From a virus, in IMG/VR virus record IMGVR_UViG_3300047160_003234, positions 9,472-73,471 of that record: DNA of 64,000 nucleotides; one strand, given 5' to 3'. The notes under the pieces are model-generated. The model saw only the letters and a program-made list of their open reading frames with translations. It had not been told where the DNA came from and did no database searches. The translations under genes and the position numbers were made by a program. This document shows positions 1-8,561 of this stretch, one piece after another (position 1 is the first letter of the stretch; each line of letters starts with the position of its first letter).

Positions 1-310
1 GGGTGGAGAAGAGGCGAGCGAGGTATCGACATTTGGACATTAGGGGGGACGTATGGAGGGACATTTACGTGCGGTAGGCACGTTTCTCTTTAGAGAAACA
101 CGGTGCATCTTACGCGCGCACGAGGAGCACTGAGTCGTAGAGTGCTAACGGTATTGCGTTGTGTGTCCTTATAAGACACACGCAACCAGCACTATGGTTG
201 AACCAGTGTAAGTGCGTCTTGCAAGGAGCACTGTGGGGAAATCGGGAGATGGAGGGGCGAAGGCGCTTTCAACGGGAGGGATTGACGCCGATGGCTGATT
301 GGGTTTGCTA

Positions 311-325
311 TTGCAGATCGTGTAA
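311..325. promoter_or_regulatory. Operator-like site TTGCAGATCGTGTAA, near TTGACG at 282
   Basis: One mismatch to TTGCA-N5-TGCAA, just upstream of first ORF. Confidence 0.5.
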
Positions 326-338
326 GTGAGAGGCGGCG

Positions 339-1061
339 ATGATTGGTCTGGCTGGTGAAGAGCGGGCGTTTGCGAGCGCCAAGGAAGCTCACGACTATCT
401 GTACGGAACATCGATTGAGAGCAAGAAAGGCAAGGGCAAGGCCGGAAAGGCGATTGCTGTTTTCGAGCGAGGGAAAGATGAACCGTGCGCGACGTTTCGT
501 GTGCGACGACCGGGGGAGGGGGCCAAATACACCGACCCTGTTGTCAGCGTCCTGATCAGGGACGGGGAGGAGCGGCGTTTCATCGATTGTTTCTGGGTGA
601 GGCCGAGCGGAGCGTTGGACTTTCAAAAGCGCTACGCCAAGCAGTGGGAGACGCTGCGGGACGTGCGGATTGTAAGCCGCATCTGGTCGAGGCTGCGAGA
701 GAACGTCATTCCAGACAACGTCGAGCTATGGCCGGATGAGGCCTTGCAGATGAAGCGGCGCCAGCGCTTTGAGGCGACCCATGAAGGGCTTTGGCGCTGC
801 CTCTTGGCGAATCTGAGACACGCGAGGCGGGGCAACTACGCGACGGTCCTGATGGATCGGCTGACGAGGTTTGGCGACCTTACGGCTTTGGAGCTTGCGG
901 AGATCGCGGCGTGGGAAAAGATGACCGAGCCTCTGCGTTTTTGCGAGCGGTGCGGCGAGGGGCTGAAGGAGGACGAACCGGGCAAGATATGCCGACGCTG
1001 TGTCCGCAAGGAAATCGAAGAAGACGAAGGCCACTCGATTGATTGGGAATCCCATGACTGA
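339..1061 (+). CDS. Hypothetical protein with C-terminal CxxC...CxxC zinc finger
   Basis: 240 aa ORF, GAGG RBS, CERC...CRRC. Confidence 0.75.
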   Translation: MIGLAGEERAFASAKEAHDYLYGTSIESKKGKGKAGKAIAVFERGKDEPCATFRVRRPGEGAKYTDPVVSVLIRDGEERRFIDCFWVRPSGALDFQKRYAKQWETLRDVRIVSRIWSRLRENVIPDNVELWPDEALQMKRRQRFEATHEGLWRCLLANLRHARRGNYATVLMDRLTRFGDLTALELAEIAAWEKMTEPLRFCERCGEGLKEDEPGKICRRCVRKEIEEDEGHSIDWESHD

Positions 1062-1299
1062 CCCGATGATTGTTCCGCCTGAGATGGAGGGTTCGCGCGA
1101 GCGGGCTTTGCTGAAGCATGGGCTTCAGGAGCTGCTGCGGGCGGCGCTGAGAGGGGGCGCGCTCCCGGCGAGGGGATTGATCGAGACGTGGGAGCTTCGG
1201 CCGCCAGCGGGCTCGGGAGAGCGCTGGATTGCGAGCGTGGTGTGTGGCGCCGGTGAGGGAGCGGGAATGACCGACATCACCCTGCTGGAGCGGAAGTGA
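1054..1299 (+). CDS. Hypothetical protein
   Basis: ATG overlapping the upstream stop region (MTDPMIVPP...). Confidence 0.6.
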   Translation: MTDPMIVPPEMEGSRERALLKHGLQELLRAALRGGALPARGLIETWELRPPAGSGERWIASVVCGAGEGAGMTDITLLERK

Positions 1300-1300
1300 G

Positions 1301-1852
1301 GTGGGGTGGGATTGCGACCGGTGCTATCCGGCGGGACATCCACCTTGCGGGGCGCCGAATTGCCAAAGCCGATGGGTGGAGGAACGGATGAGGACTGAGG
1401 CTGAGCGAAAGGCGGCGGAAGGGATGATCGACGCCGCAAAGGTCCGAAAGGCGTTTGAGGCCAATCGCGGCGATCGCCTGCGCCGGGGCGTAGAGTGGAG
1501 ATTAACATTCGATCAGTGGTGGAGGCTTTGGGAAAGCCACTGGCACGAACGGGGCAATCGGAGAGGACAATATGTCCTAGCTCGCAACGGGGATTGTGGG
1601 GCTTACGAGCTTGGCAATGTCCGCATCTGCACTGTGAGTGAGAACATTCAAGAGGCTGGTTGGACCCGGCGTGAGCAAAGGCGCTCAAAAATGAACTGGT
1701 CTAAGCCGGGGTTCAAGGCAGCACGCGAGCGGCGAATAGCGCTCTCAGATAGCGCAAGCCGCGGGCTGCGTCGTCGAATAAACAAAGAACTGAAGTGGGA
1801 ACGCACTCTTCGTAAGCTCGCACGTTGGGAAGCCAGCATGACTAAAGCATAA
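1301..1852 (+). CDS. HNH-like endonuclease domain protein
   Basis: RGVEWRLTFDQWW...YVLARNGDCGAYELGNVRICTVSEN is typical of phage HNH-like nucleases. Confidence 0.65.
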   Translation: MGWDCDRCYPAGHPPCGAPNCQSRWVEERMRTEAERKAAEGMIDAAKVRKAFEANRGDRLRRGVEWRLTFDQWWRLWESHWHERGNRRGQYVLARNGDCGAYELGNVRICTVSENIQEAGWTRREQRRSKMNWSKPGFKAARERRIALSDSASRGLRRRINKELKWERTLRKLARWEASMTKA

Positions 1853-1997
1853 CAAAATCAAAGCACTTCACGAACCTATGCAGCGAGCTATGATCTGGAA
1901 GCATATCGAGCCGCCCAAAATGACCCAAAATACGTACCCGAATGAAAGACGGTATTAGGCTAGGATTGTCTAGGAAGGCCGCTGGCAGGGGTTAAAT

Positions 1998-2012
1998 TTG
2001 CATGGTATGCAG
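1998..2012. promoter_or_regulatory. Operator-like site TTGCATGGTATGCAG
   Basis: One mismatch to palindrome, intergenic. Confidence 0.55.
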
Positions 2013-2075
2013 ATGAGGGGCAAATAAGGCAGCCGTCTGTGAGGCTGTAAGGCCGCTTTGTAGCGGGAGGCGAAA

Positions 2076-2213
2076 ATGGCGCGAAACTGGCAAGACGAGC
2101 TGTTCAGGATGGAGCGGGCTCGGGCGTGGGCGGTCGTCTGGTCGATCCTCGTCCTTCTTCTGTTGTTTGTGGCGGTCTGGCAACTGGGCGACCTCGTGGC
2201 GAGGCATCCTTGA
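2076..2213 (+). CDS. Small single-TM membrane protein (45 aa)
   Basis: GGGAGG RBS, ATG; hydrophobic AWAVVWSILVLLLLFVAVW; below ORF-track cutoff. Confidence 0.65.
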   Translation: MARNWQDELFRMERARAWAVVWSILVLLLLFVAVWQLGDLVARHP

Positions 2214-2494
2214 CCAAGGTGCGAATGCTTGAGGCGGCGAAGGACGTGGGCGCTCGGTGCGCCTACGAGGACGCGGCAGAGATCGTCGAGGGATGGATTG
2301 CGGCGGCGCCGAAGGAAGTGACCGAGGGGCGGGACGATCACGTGATGAAGGCGAAGGACGCGCTGGAAATGCTGATTAGCCTCGCCCGGGTCTTTCGCCA
2401 GAGAGCAGCAGCCCATGGGGTGCGGGCCGAGATCGAGACGCTCGCGCTTGAAGAGGGCGAGAGGAAGCGCAGGGAAGCCCATGGACAGGGCTAG
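2210..2494 (+). CDS. Hypothetical protein, paralog of the next gene
   Basis: TTGA start/stop overlap; MLEAAKDVGARCAYEDAAEIV. Confidence 0.65.
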   Translation: MTKVRMLEAAKDVGARCAYEDAAEIVEGWIAAAPKEVTEGRDDHVMKAKDALEMLISLARVFRQRAAAHGVRAEIETLALEEGERKRREAHGQG

Positions 2495-2741
2495 GGCGCA
2501 AGAGCGGGGGAAAGCTCTGCTTCAGGCCGCAGCCGATCAGGGGGCCTGCTGGGCCTACCGGGAGGCCGCCAAGGTCATCGATGATACGCGGGAGCAGTGG
2601 CTGATCTTGGGGGTGGAGGTGGCTCTAGCGAGCTTGCAGTCGGCCTTCAGGATCAAGGCGGACCTGTGCGAGAGCCGGGTTCAGATGGCGAAGGCGCTTC
2701 ATGGCCACGACGATCCGGTCGAGCCAGAGGGCGCCCCATAA
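2481..2741 (+). CDS. Hypothetical protein, paralog of the previous gene
   Basis: LLQAAADQGACWAYREAAKVI. Confidence 0.65.
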   Translation: MDRARAQERGKALLQAAADQGACWAYREAAKVIDDTREQWLILGVEVALASLQSAFRIKADLCESRVQMAKALHGHDDPVEPEGAP

Positions 2742-2755
2742 GAGTATAAAAGTGT

Positions 2756-2923
2756 GTGTTTGTCCCTCTGGTGTACCGCCTGACGTCCCTTTTATGGACG
2801 CTCCGACCGGCGCAGCATCTGGGAAATTTCGGAACCGAAGAGGAGGCGCATCAGGCGTATTTGAAAGCCAAGGAGCAATTGCACCCATTCAGCAACCATC
2901 CGCCATCGCAGCAAGTAAGTTGA
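2756..2923 (+). pseudogene. AP2-domain relic of an HNH-AP2 endonuclease
   Basis: Frame reads QHLGNFGTEEEAHQAYLKAKEQLHPF, matching C-termini of intact HNH-AP2 genes in this window. Confidence 0.7.
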
Positions 2924-2948
2924 CACGCCTTGCATGATCTGCTAGAGT
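2920..2948 (+). promoter_or_regulatory. Sigma70 promoter TTGACA-N17-TAGAGT with operator TTGCATGATCTGCTA (2930-2944)
   Basis: Consensus -35, 17-nt spacer, -10-like hexamer. Confidence 0.75.
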
Positions 2949-2976
2949 GAATCCGCCACAAACAGGAGTCGAATCC

Positions 2977-3160
2977 ATGACCGACCTTTCCGCACCCCAT
3001 CTCCGCGATAGCCTCTTGCAGGGACGAGGCGCGGGCGAAGCGAAAAGCCGCCAGCAAGACCAAGTACACCTGTCCGCAGTGCCAGCAGAACGCATGGGCG
3101 AAGCCCGACGCGCACCTCATCTGCGGCGACTGCGGCGAGGGGATGGAGCCCGAGCAATGA
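2977..3160 (+). pseudogene. Frameshifted or deleted relic of a SprT-like protein (C-terminal zinc ribbon)
   Basis: RBS+ATG at 2977 is out of frame with KAASKTKYTCPQCQQNAWAKPDAHLICGDC. Confidence 0.6.
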
Positions 3161-3310
3161 GCCCGGTGCGGATCAACATGGGCAAGCGGTTTCAAGTGAC
3201 CCAGCCCAAACAATGCGAGCGAGCGGAAACTAAGATGCAGGAGGATAGTCGGGCGGCCTTCTGCGTGCCTTCACGCAGCGCCCATGAGTTCATCAACGAA
3301 GGAGTCGAAA

Positions 3311-3979
3311 ATGTCTTGGAAAGTCGAATTCAAGGATGTCGGCGGCTGGCACTCTAACCACCTCCGCTTCCCGCGGCAGACTCAAGCGCACGATTGGGGC
3401 GAGGAGAAATTCTGGCGCTGGACGGTCCCGAGCGCTTGGCGCGTCACCGAGACGGCTGATCCCGCCACGCACTGGCGCCGCGCGGACGGCGTCGTCCTGC
3501 CGCTCGATCTCCCCGCGGCGCCGCTTATCGAAAACAACGGCCGGTTCCTCACCGACGCCACTCTGATCGTGATCGACGGCGTCGAGGAACTGCCGCTGAC
3601 GCTGCGCGAGTTCTTCGAAGCAAACGTGTACGGCATTGACGACGACGAGGCGGCCGACATCCGGCGCTCGCTCGCGCGGGACGGCCTCTACCGAGGCGGA
3701 GGCGGCGCCGCGGCCGAGTGGACGATCAGGGTGGCGCCTGCGGCGGGAGGCGGCACGACAGCTGGCCAGGAAAAGCGCTTTCACGTCACGGCGCCCATCC
3801 GGGCGCCCGGGGCGTCAGCGTCGTGGAAAATCCTGTACGCGACCGACAGTTGGTCGCAAGCGCGGCGGTACGCGCATCTCGCTGTCAAGCACGAAGGCGC
3901 GCGCCGCGTCCATATCCGCAATACCGCCGGTCAAATCGTGGAGCAGTTCCCGAATGCCAGAACGAAACTGTCGAGGTGA
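3311..3979 (+). CDS. Hypothetical early protein, apparently several small fused domains
   Basis: AAGGAG RBS, MSWKVEFKD... start. Confidence 0.75.
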   Translation: MSWKVEFKDVGGWHSNHLRFPRQTQAHDWGEEKFWRWTVPSAWRVTETADPATHWRRADGVVLPLDLPAAPLIENNGRFLTDATLIVIDGVEELPLTLREFFEANVYGIDDDEAADIRRSLARDGLYRGGGGAAAEWTIRVAPAAGGGTTAGQEKRFHVTAPIRAPGASASWKILYATDSWSQARRYAHLAVKHEGARRVHIRNTAGQIVEQFPNARTKLSR

Positions 3980-4182
3980 CCGTCAACTACAAGAACCAAG
4001 AACGCCCAGCCTTCTGCTGCGCCGAGCACGCGGCGCTGTGGCTGCTGGGGAGAGAACGGAGACTGTGGCCGACCAACATTCCCGAGCAACAGCGGATCGA
4101 GCGCATTGTGCTCACCGTCGCGGGCGTCAGATCGGCAATGGTCTTGGGGGATGGTGACTGGTTAAGGGAGCAGTTCTCATGA
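3976..4182 (+). CDS. Hypothetical protein
   Basis: GTGA overlap with upstream stop. Confidence 0.55.
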   Translation: MTVNYKNQERPAFCCAEHAALWLLGRERRLWPTNIPEQQRIERIVLTVAGVRSAMVLGDGDWLREQFS

Positions 4183-4403
4183 TGGTCGTACGATTGCGCC
4201 GCGGCTGGCGCATCCATCTCAGCGACTGCGAGATGCGCCTCATGCAAGCCGTCGCCGACCATGGGCTCGCCGACTTCGCCGACACCGACCAAGGGGCCAC
4301 GCTCGGCATCTGGGAGCGCAAGGCCCTCTACAGCGACCGCTGGCAGGCGATCGGCGGCCCGCTGCGACACATTGACTCCGACCACGGTCACAAGTCAGAC
4401 TAG
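4179..4403 (+). CDS. Hypothetical protein
   Basis: ATGA overlap, 74 aa. Confidence 0.6.
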   Translation: MMVVRLRRGWRIHLSDCEMRLMQAVADHGLADFADTDQGATLGIWERKALYSDRWQAIGGPLRHIDSDHGHKSD

Positions 4404-4427
4404 AGGCCCCTGAATGATCGATCCTTG

Positions 4428-4463
4428 GCGGCCCCGCTCTAGCCCGGCGCGGGGCCGTTTTTT
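4428..4463 (+). terminator. Rho-independent terminator
   Basis: CGGCCCCGC/GCGGGGCCG stem followed by T6. Confidence 0.8.
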
Positions 4464-4482
4464 ATCATTGCCAAAAAATGTC

Positions 4483-4511
4483 TTGCGAATGAAATACAGT
4501 TCATGCAAGAT
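4483..4511 (+). promoter_or_regulatory. Promoter TTGCGA-N17-CAAGAT overlapping degenerate operator ATACAGTTCATGCAA
   Basis: Spacing and position upstream of the PEP-CTERM genes. Confidence 0.55.
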
Positions 4512-4558
4512 GGCTTTTGCGGGGCAAGGTGCCTCGCGTCCAGTTAGGGGACTTCATC

Positions 4559-5215
4559 ATGAGAACCTACCTCCTCGCCGCGGCCTCCGCGGCGGTACTG
4601 AGTTTTGCGTCTCCAGCGTTCGCGTCTCTCCTCGTTCCGCCGACAGCGTCGGACTGCTGCACGCCCGACAATCTGCTTCTCAACAGCAGCTCGGTGCTCC
4701 TGAACAGCATCATTGACCAGCCGTTTGCGTCGACACTCAATACCGCGACGCACAACGACTTCTCTGGCGTTTATTCCGAGTGGGCTTACTCGAATCCAGA
4801 CAACGCTTTTGGAGCGGGTGACGTGACGCTCATCATTCAGGTGACAAGCGATGCGGGTTCGACCGAGTCGATTGACCGGGTCACGGCGTCCGACTTCACC
4901 GGGCTTTCCACTGATGCGGGCATCATCACCGGCTCGGGTGGCGTTCTGCCTTTGAGCGTCGACCGGACCAGCGAGGGGCCGGTGGGCTTCAACGGTTCGC
5001 TGGGAGCGGGGTTCACGACAGCCTTCTACCAGATCGACACCAACGGGCTCAGTGTCGTGCCCGGCAACGTCTCGATGATCAATGACGGCACGAGCACCAA
5101 TCCCGGGTTCAGCGCCGCCATCCCCGAGACGCGGACATGGGCGATGGCGCTTATCGGCTTCGCCATGCTGGGGCTGATCGGGTTACGTAAGCGTTCGGCG
5201 CGTTTCGCCGTCTGA
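4559..5215 (+). CDS. PEP-CTERM (PEPxxWA-type) surface protein 1
   Basis: Signal peptide ending ASPAFA; C-terminus IPETRTWAM + TM helix + RKR. Confidence 0.9.
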   Translation: MRTYLLAAASAAVLSFASPAFASLLVPPTASDCCTPDNLLLNSSSVLLNSIIDQPFASTLNTATHNDFSGVYSEWAYSNPDNAFGAGDVTLIIQVTSDAGSTESIDRVTASDFTGLSTDAGIITGSGGVLPLSVDRTSEGPVGFNGSLGAGFTTAFYQIDTNGLSVVPGNVSMINDGTSTNPGFSAAIPETRTWAMALIGFAMLGLIGLRKRSARFAV

Positions 5216-5292
5216 CTTTTGGCTCTGTTCTGGTTTGGCTTGGGCGTCGCTGTCGGCGTCGCCCTCGCCAGCTTCTACTGGGGATTAAGAAC

Positions 5293-6093
5293 ATGAAACG
5301 CATTCTTCTGGCGAGCGTCATGCTCGCCGCACTGCCGACATCGGCGGCCTACGCCGCTGGATGCACTACCGTCGCAGGCTCGACCGCGAACCTTCACTTT
5401 CTGTCGTGTACGTCCGACTCTCAAGCCAACGACGGCGACGACGTGAAGATGTTCGTTGACGGAGTCGGCGGCGGCACGACCATCACCGGCTCGCTCGCCA
5501 AGAACAGTCAGGCCGCCGTCAACCAGAACATATCGTTTACTTCCACCGGCACCGGCTTTGACGCCTCGACCGATGGCAACGGCTTCGCCAACTTCAAGTC
5601 GATCATGGACGATGTGAGCGGCTACACGGCGACGCCGATTGTGCCGTCCACCATCCCCTCGACCATGACGCCGTTTCTTGGCTTTGACGGCGAGTTGTTT
5701 CGGGGCCAACTGGCGGAAAGCATCGTCACCGGGGCCGGGACGTGGAATGGCGACGTGAGCGTGGTGGTCAATCTGAGCGACGGCACTCAGGACATCCATA
5801 CGTTCACCGGCTTCTCGACCAACAACGACATCGGGGTGCTTGGCTTCGACGAGAACAACGATCCCGGTGTATTTGTTACCAGCGCCTTTGCGTATGCGGG
5901 TGACGTGACCTCGACCGGGGCGCCGATCCTCGCCGGGTCAGGCTCGTGGGACGAATACAAGCAGATCGAGTTCAGTGTTCCCGGTCAGGTCGCCAGCGTG
6001 CCGGAAACGCGAACATGGGCGATGGTGCTCATGGGCTTCGGGCTTTTGGGCCTTGCCGCGGCGAAGAAGAGAGGAACGATCTCGATCGCGTAG
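5293..6093 (+). CDS. PEP-CTERM (PEPxxWA-type) surface protein 2
   Basis: Signal peptide ending SAAYA; C-terminus VPETRTWAM + TM + KKR. Confidence 0.9.
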   Translation: MKRILLASVMLAALPTSAAYAAGCTTVAGSTANLHFLSCTSDSQANDGDDVKMFVDGVGGGTTITGSLAKNSQAAVNQNISFTSTGTGFDASTDGNGFANFKSIMDDVSGYTATPIVPSTIPSTMTPFLGFDGELFRGQLAESIVTGAGTWNGDVSVVVNLSDGTQDIHTFTGFSTNNDIGVLGFDENNDPGVFVTSAFAYAGDVTSTGAPILAGSGSWDEYKQIEFSVPGQVASVPETRTWAMVLMGFGLLGLAAAKKRGTISIA

Positions 6094-6177
6094 TTTGAAG
6101 GTTCGCGGCTTGGGCTGGCGGTTAATCCCCATTACCGCCTAGCCGACAGCAAAAGTTTGCCCCTGCGCGCCGCGAAA

Positions 6178-6220
6178 GGGAGCCCGGTTCGCCGCCAAGG
6201 GGCCGGGCTCCCACTTTTTT
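6178..6220 (+). terminator. Rho-independent terminator
   Basis: GGGAGCCCGG/CCGGGCTCCC stem followed by T-tract. Confidence 0.8.
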
Positions 6221-6231
6221 GACGGGGGAAG

Positions 6232-6444
6232 ATGAAACGCCTGCGCGCCTTCCTCGCCCGCGACGACGCCGATACGAAGCTCGTCTGGAACGGCATGATC
6301 GCTCTCGGGTTCGCGTTTTTCGCCAAATTCGTTCTGCCGTTCTTTATCGGCCCTCAGCATTTGGTGACGTGGGTCATGTTCATCATCGCGACATGCCTGA
6401 TTGCTGGCGGATGGGCGATTGGCCTAGCGCGCCGCTTTCACTGA
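6232..6444 (+). CDS. Small two-TM membrane protein
   Basis: GGGGGA RBS; two hydrophobic segments. Confidence 0.7.
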   Translation: MKRLRAFLARDDADTKLVWNGMIALGFAFFAKFVLPFFIGPQHLVTWVMFIIATCLIAGGWAIGLARRFH

Positions 6445-6462
6445 CCTCCCCAAATTTGCTAG

Positions 6463-6494
6463 TTGCAGTCCGCGCAATCTTGCATATGATGCAA
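6463..6494. promoter_or_regulatory. Tandem operator sites TTGCAGTCCGCGCAA and TTGCATATGATGCAA
   Basis: Two adjacent palindromes before PEP-CTERM gene 3. Confidence 0.7.
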
Positions 6495-6510
6495 GGTGGT
6501 TGCGGAGGAA

Positions 6511-7440
6511 ATGGGTATGAGGAAAATCGCCATTGCGGCTTTGGTCATTGCGCTGCCTGGGCCGCTCAAGGCTGATCCGTGGTTCTATTCCTACGTTCCA
6601 GCCACGACAACGTGGCATGTGACGGACATCGGCAGTCCGCCCTCCGACGCCTACGGCATCTTGCTCAAGCAAGCGGGAGCAACCCCGGAGACATTCTCTC
6701 CGCCCCAGACGTACACGTTGCCCGATGGATCGACCGTCAGCGGCTGGGCGCTCACCGATCAGAACCCCGGCGATCCGACTTTCGCGCCCTACACGATCAC
6801 GAGCCTGATGAAGGAAATCGACACGGTCAACGCCTCCATCGCATCCCCAACCGGCCTCTTGATCCTTCAATACAACGCGCCGTGGGGCATCTCTGGCAAC
6901 TCCAGCGGCTCCGTTCAGTTCGACGCTGGGCCGCTCGTGCCGATCATCGGCGGGTTCAACGACGCTACGGACGCCGCAAGCTATCTCTCCATCATCAACA
7001 ACGACATCACCGAAAAAGACCTTGCGAACCTTGCTCTATTCGCAGTTGGGCTGGCTACTATGGAGTCGAATCTAGACAAAGCGTCCATGATTTTGGCGGC
7101 CATCGAGATCGCCAACGGCGGGGTTGGCAACGCAATCGTGGATGTTGGCGATCAAGCCGTGGACGATGCAATGGCGACACTGCAACAATCCGCGTTCGAC
7201 GCCCTCAACGCGGCGATAGGGAAGGCCCTGTACAATGCGGGCGTCGGCAGCATCTTCGGGCCTGATCCGCCCGGCGACACCGAAGGCCCCGATGATCTCG
7301 ACGCTCTCAGCGACGGGATTTTCCCGCCGGGGTATGGCGGATCAATAGTAGAGGGCGCCGCGGTTCCCGAGTCATCGACATGGGCGATGATGCTGCTTGG
7401 ATTGATGCTGCTTGGCTACAGGAGGAGTCGTTATGCTTGA
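6511..7440 (+). CDS. PEP-CTERM (PEPxxWA-type) surface protein 3
   Basis: Signal peptide MRKIAIAALVIALPGPLKA; C-terminus VPESSTWAMMLLGLMLLGYRRSR. Confidence 0.88.
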   Translation: MGMRKIAIAALVIALPGPLKADPWFYSYVPATTTWHVTDIGSPPSDAYGILLKQAGATPETFSPPQTYTLPDGSTVSGWALTDQNPGDPTFAPYTITSLMKEIDTVNASIASPTGLLILQYNAPWGISGNSSGSVQFDAGPLVPIIGGFNDATDAASYLSIINNDITEKDLANLALFAVGLATMESNLDKASMILAAIEIANGGVGNAIVDVGDQAVDDAMATLQQSAFDALNAAIGKALYNAGVGSIFGPDPPGDTEGPDDLDALSDGIFPPGYGGSIVEGAAVPESSTWAMMLLGLMLLGYRRSRYA

Positions 7441-7597
7441 AGCGCTTGGATTCGAATTCAGAGACTACACCCGGCGGGATTGGGTCATGCTCGGCGCCGC
7501 CGCATTTCCCGCCGTGGCTGCGGGCGCGGTTCTCGGTCTCTGGGCGGTCTATGCGGTGTGGTGGTGGTTGCCTTGGACGCTGTACGGGGCGCCATAA
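7433..7597 (+). CDS. Small membrane protein
   Basis: GGAG RBS; hydrophobic Trp-rich helix. Confidence 0.6.
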   Translation: MLEALGFEFRDYTRRDWVMLGAAAFPAVAAGAVLGLWAVYAVWWWLPWTLYGAP

Positions 7598-7678
7598 ATG
7601 GCGACCTTCGAAGGCGCCGTAGGTGGACTGACGGCGCTATGCGTCTCACGCACCATCTGCTAGGCGCCGAAAAAAGAC

Positions 7679-7707
7679 TTGCATTTGATGCAAACGACTG
7701 TCATAGT
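7679..7707 (+). promoter_or_regulatory. Promoter TTGCAT-N17-CATAGT with perfect operator TTGCATTTGATGCAA on the -35
   Basis: Exact reverse complement of the site at 63796. Confidence 0.7.
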
Positions 7708-7734
7708 GCGGCGTCACTTTGACAGGAGTAGAAC

Positions 7735-7908
7735 GTGGGCGAGGGCGAGGTTTCGATTGCGTTTCTAGCCTATATCAACCACAACAAACGCAGGGAATAT
7801 CTTGGTCGCTTCGTTGACCGTGAAGACGCCAGCGCAGCTTATCGAGACGCAAAGAAACGCCTTCATTCCTTCCGACAATTCGTGCGAGAAGAGGAAAAAG
7901 GCAAATGA
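7735..7908 (+). CDS. AP2-only mini protein (HNH-AP2 gene with nuclease domain deleted)
   Basis: CAGGAG RBS + GTG; REYLGRFVDREDASAAYRDAKKRLH; stop overlaps recombinase ATG. Confidence 0.65.
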   Translation: MGEGEVSIAFLAYINHNKRREYLGRFVDREDASAAYRDAKKRLHSFRQFVREEEKGK

Positions 7909-8561
7909 CAACATATGCATATCTGCGCGTTTCGACCGCAAGGCAGGTCCATGAAGGCGAAAGTTTAGAGGTCCAACGTCGGCAGATTGAAGGGTACTGC
8001 CTTATGAAAGGCCTCCCTCTTGATGAGATTATTGTTGAGGAAGGTGTCTCCGGCTCCGTGCCGCTTGCTGAGCGACCGGCAGGTAGCGCTTTGGTTGCCA
8101 AGCTCAAAGAGGGCGATCTCGTATTTGTATCTAAGCTGGATCGAATCTTCCGCTCCGCTCTCGACGCCCTCCAAGTAGTGGAGAATATGAGAAAACGAGG
8201 CATCTCCCTTCATCTTCTTGATCTGGGCGGCGACATTTCTAACGGGCTCTCCAAGCTCTTCCTGACGATCGCCGCCGCCTTCGCCGAGGCCGAGCGTGAC
8301 CGCATCCGCGAGCGGGTGGGTCAGGTCAAGGCCGACCAGAAGGCGCGCGGGCGTTATCTTGGCGGCGCCGTGCCGTTCGGTTGGAGGAAGAACAAGGCTG
8401 GCGATCTCATCGCCGATGCGGCCCAGCAGGAGGCCATCAAGGCCATCCACGAGGGCAAGGAAGCGGGGATGAGCTTGAGGCGCATCGCCGAGGCGGCGCG
8501 CGCCAACGGCATCGAGATCAGCCATCAGGGGGTGAAATCAGTTCTGGCGAGGTCGCGATGA
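7905..8561 (+). CDS. Small serine recombinase (resolvase/invertase family)
   Basis: YAYLRVST catalytic Ser motif, KLDRIFRS, FAEAER, C-terminal HTH. Confidence 0.92.
   Translation: MTTYAYLRVSTARQVHEGESLEVQRRQIEGYCLMKGLPLDEIIVEEGVSGSVPLAERPAGSALVAKLKEGDLVFVSKLDRIFRSALDALQVVENMRKRGISLHLLDLGGDISNGLSKLFLTIAAAFAEAERDRIRERVGQVKADQKARGRYLGGAVPFGWRKNKAGDLIADAAQQEAIKAIHEGKEAGMSLRRIAEAARANGIEISHQGVKSVLARSR

Noticed and set aside
6232-6444. Holin
   Set aside because: Two TM segments, but located in the early accessory region with no adjacent endolysin
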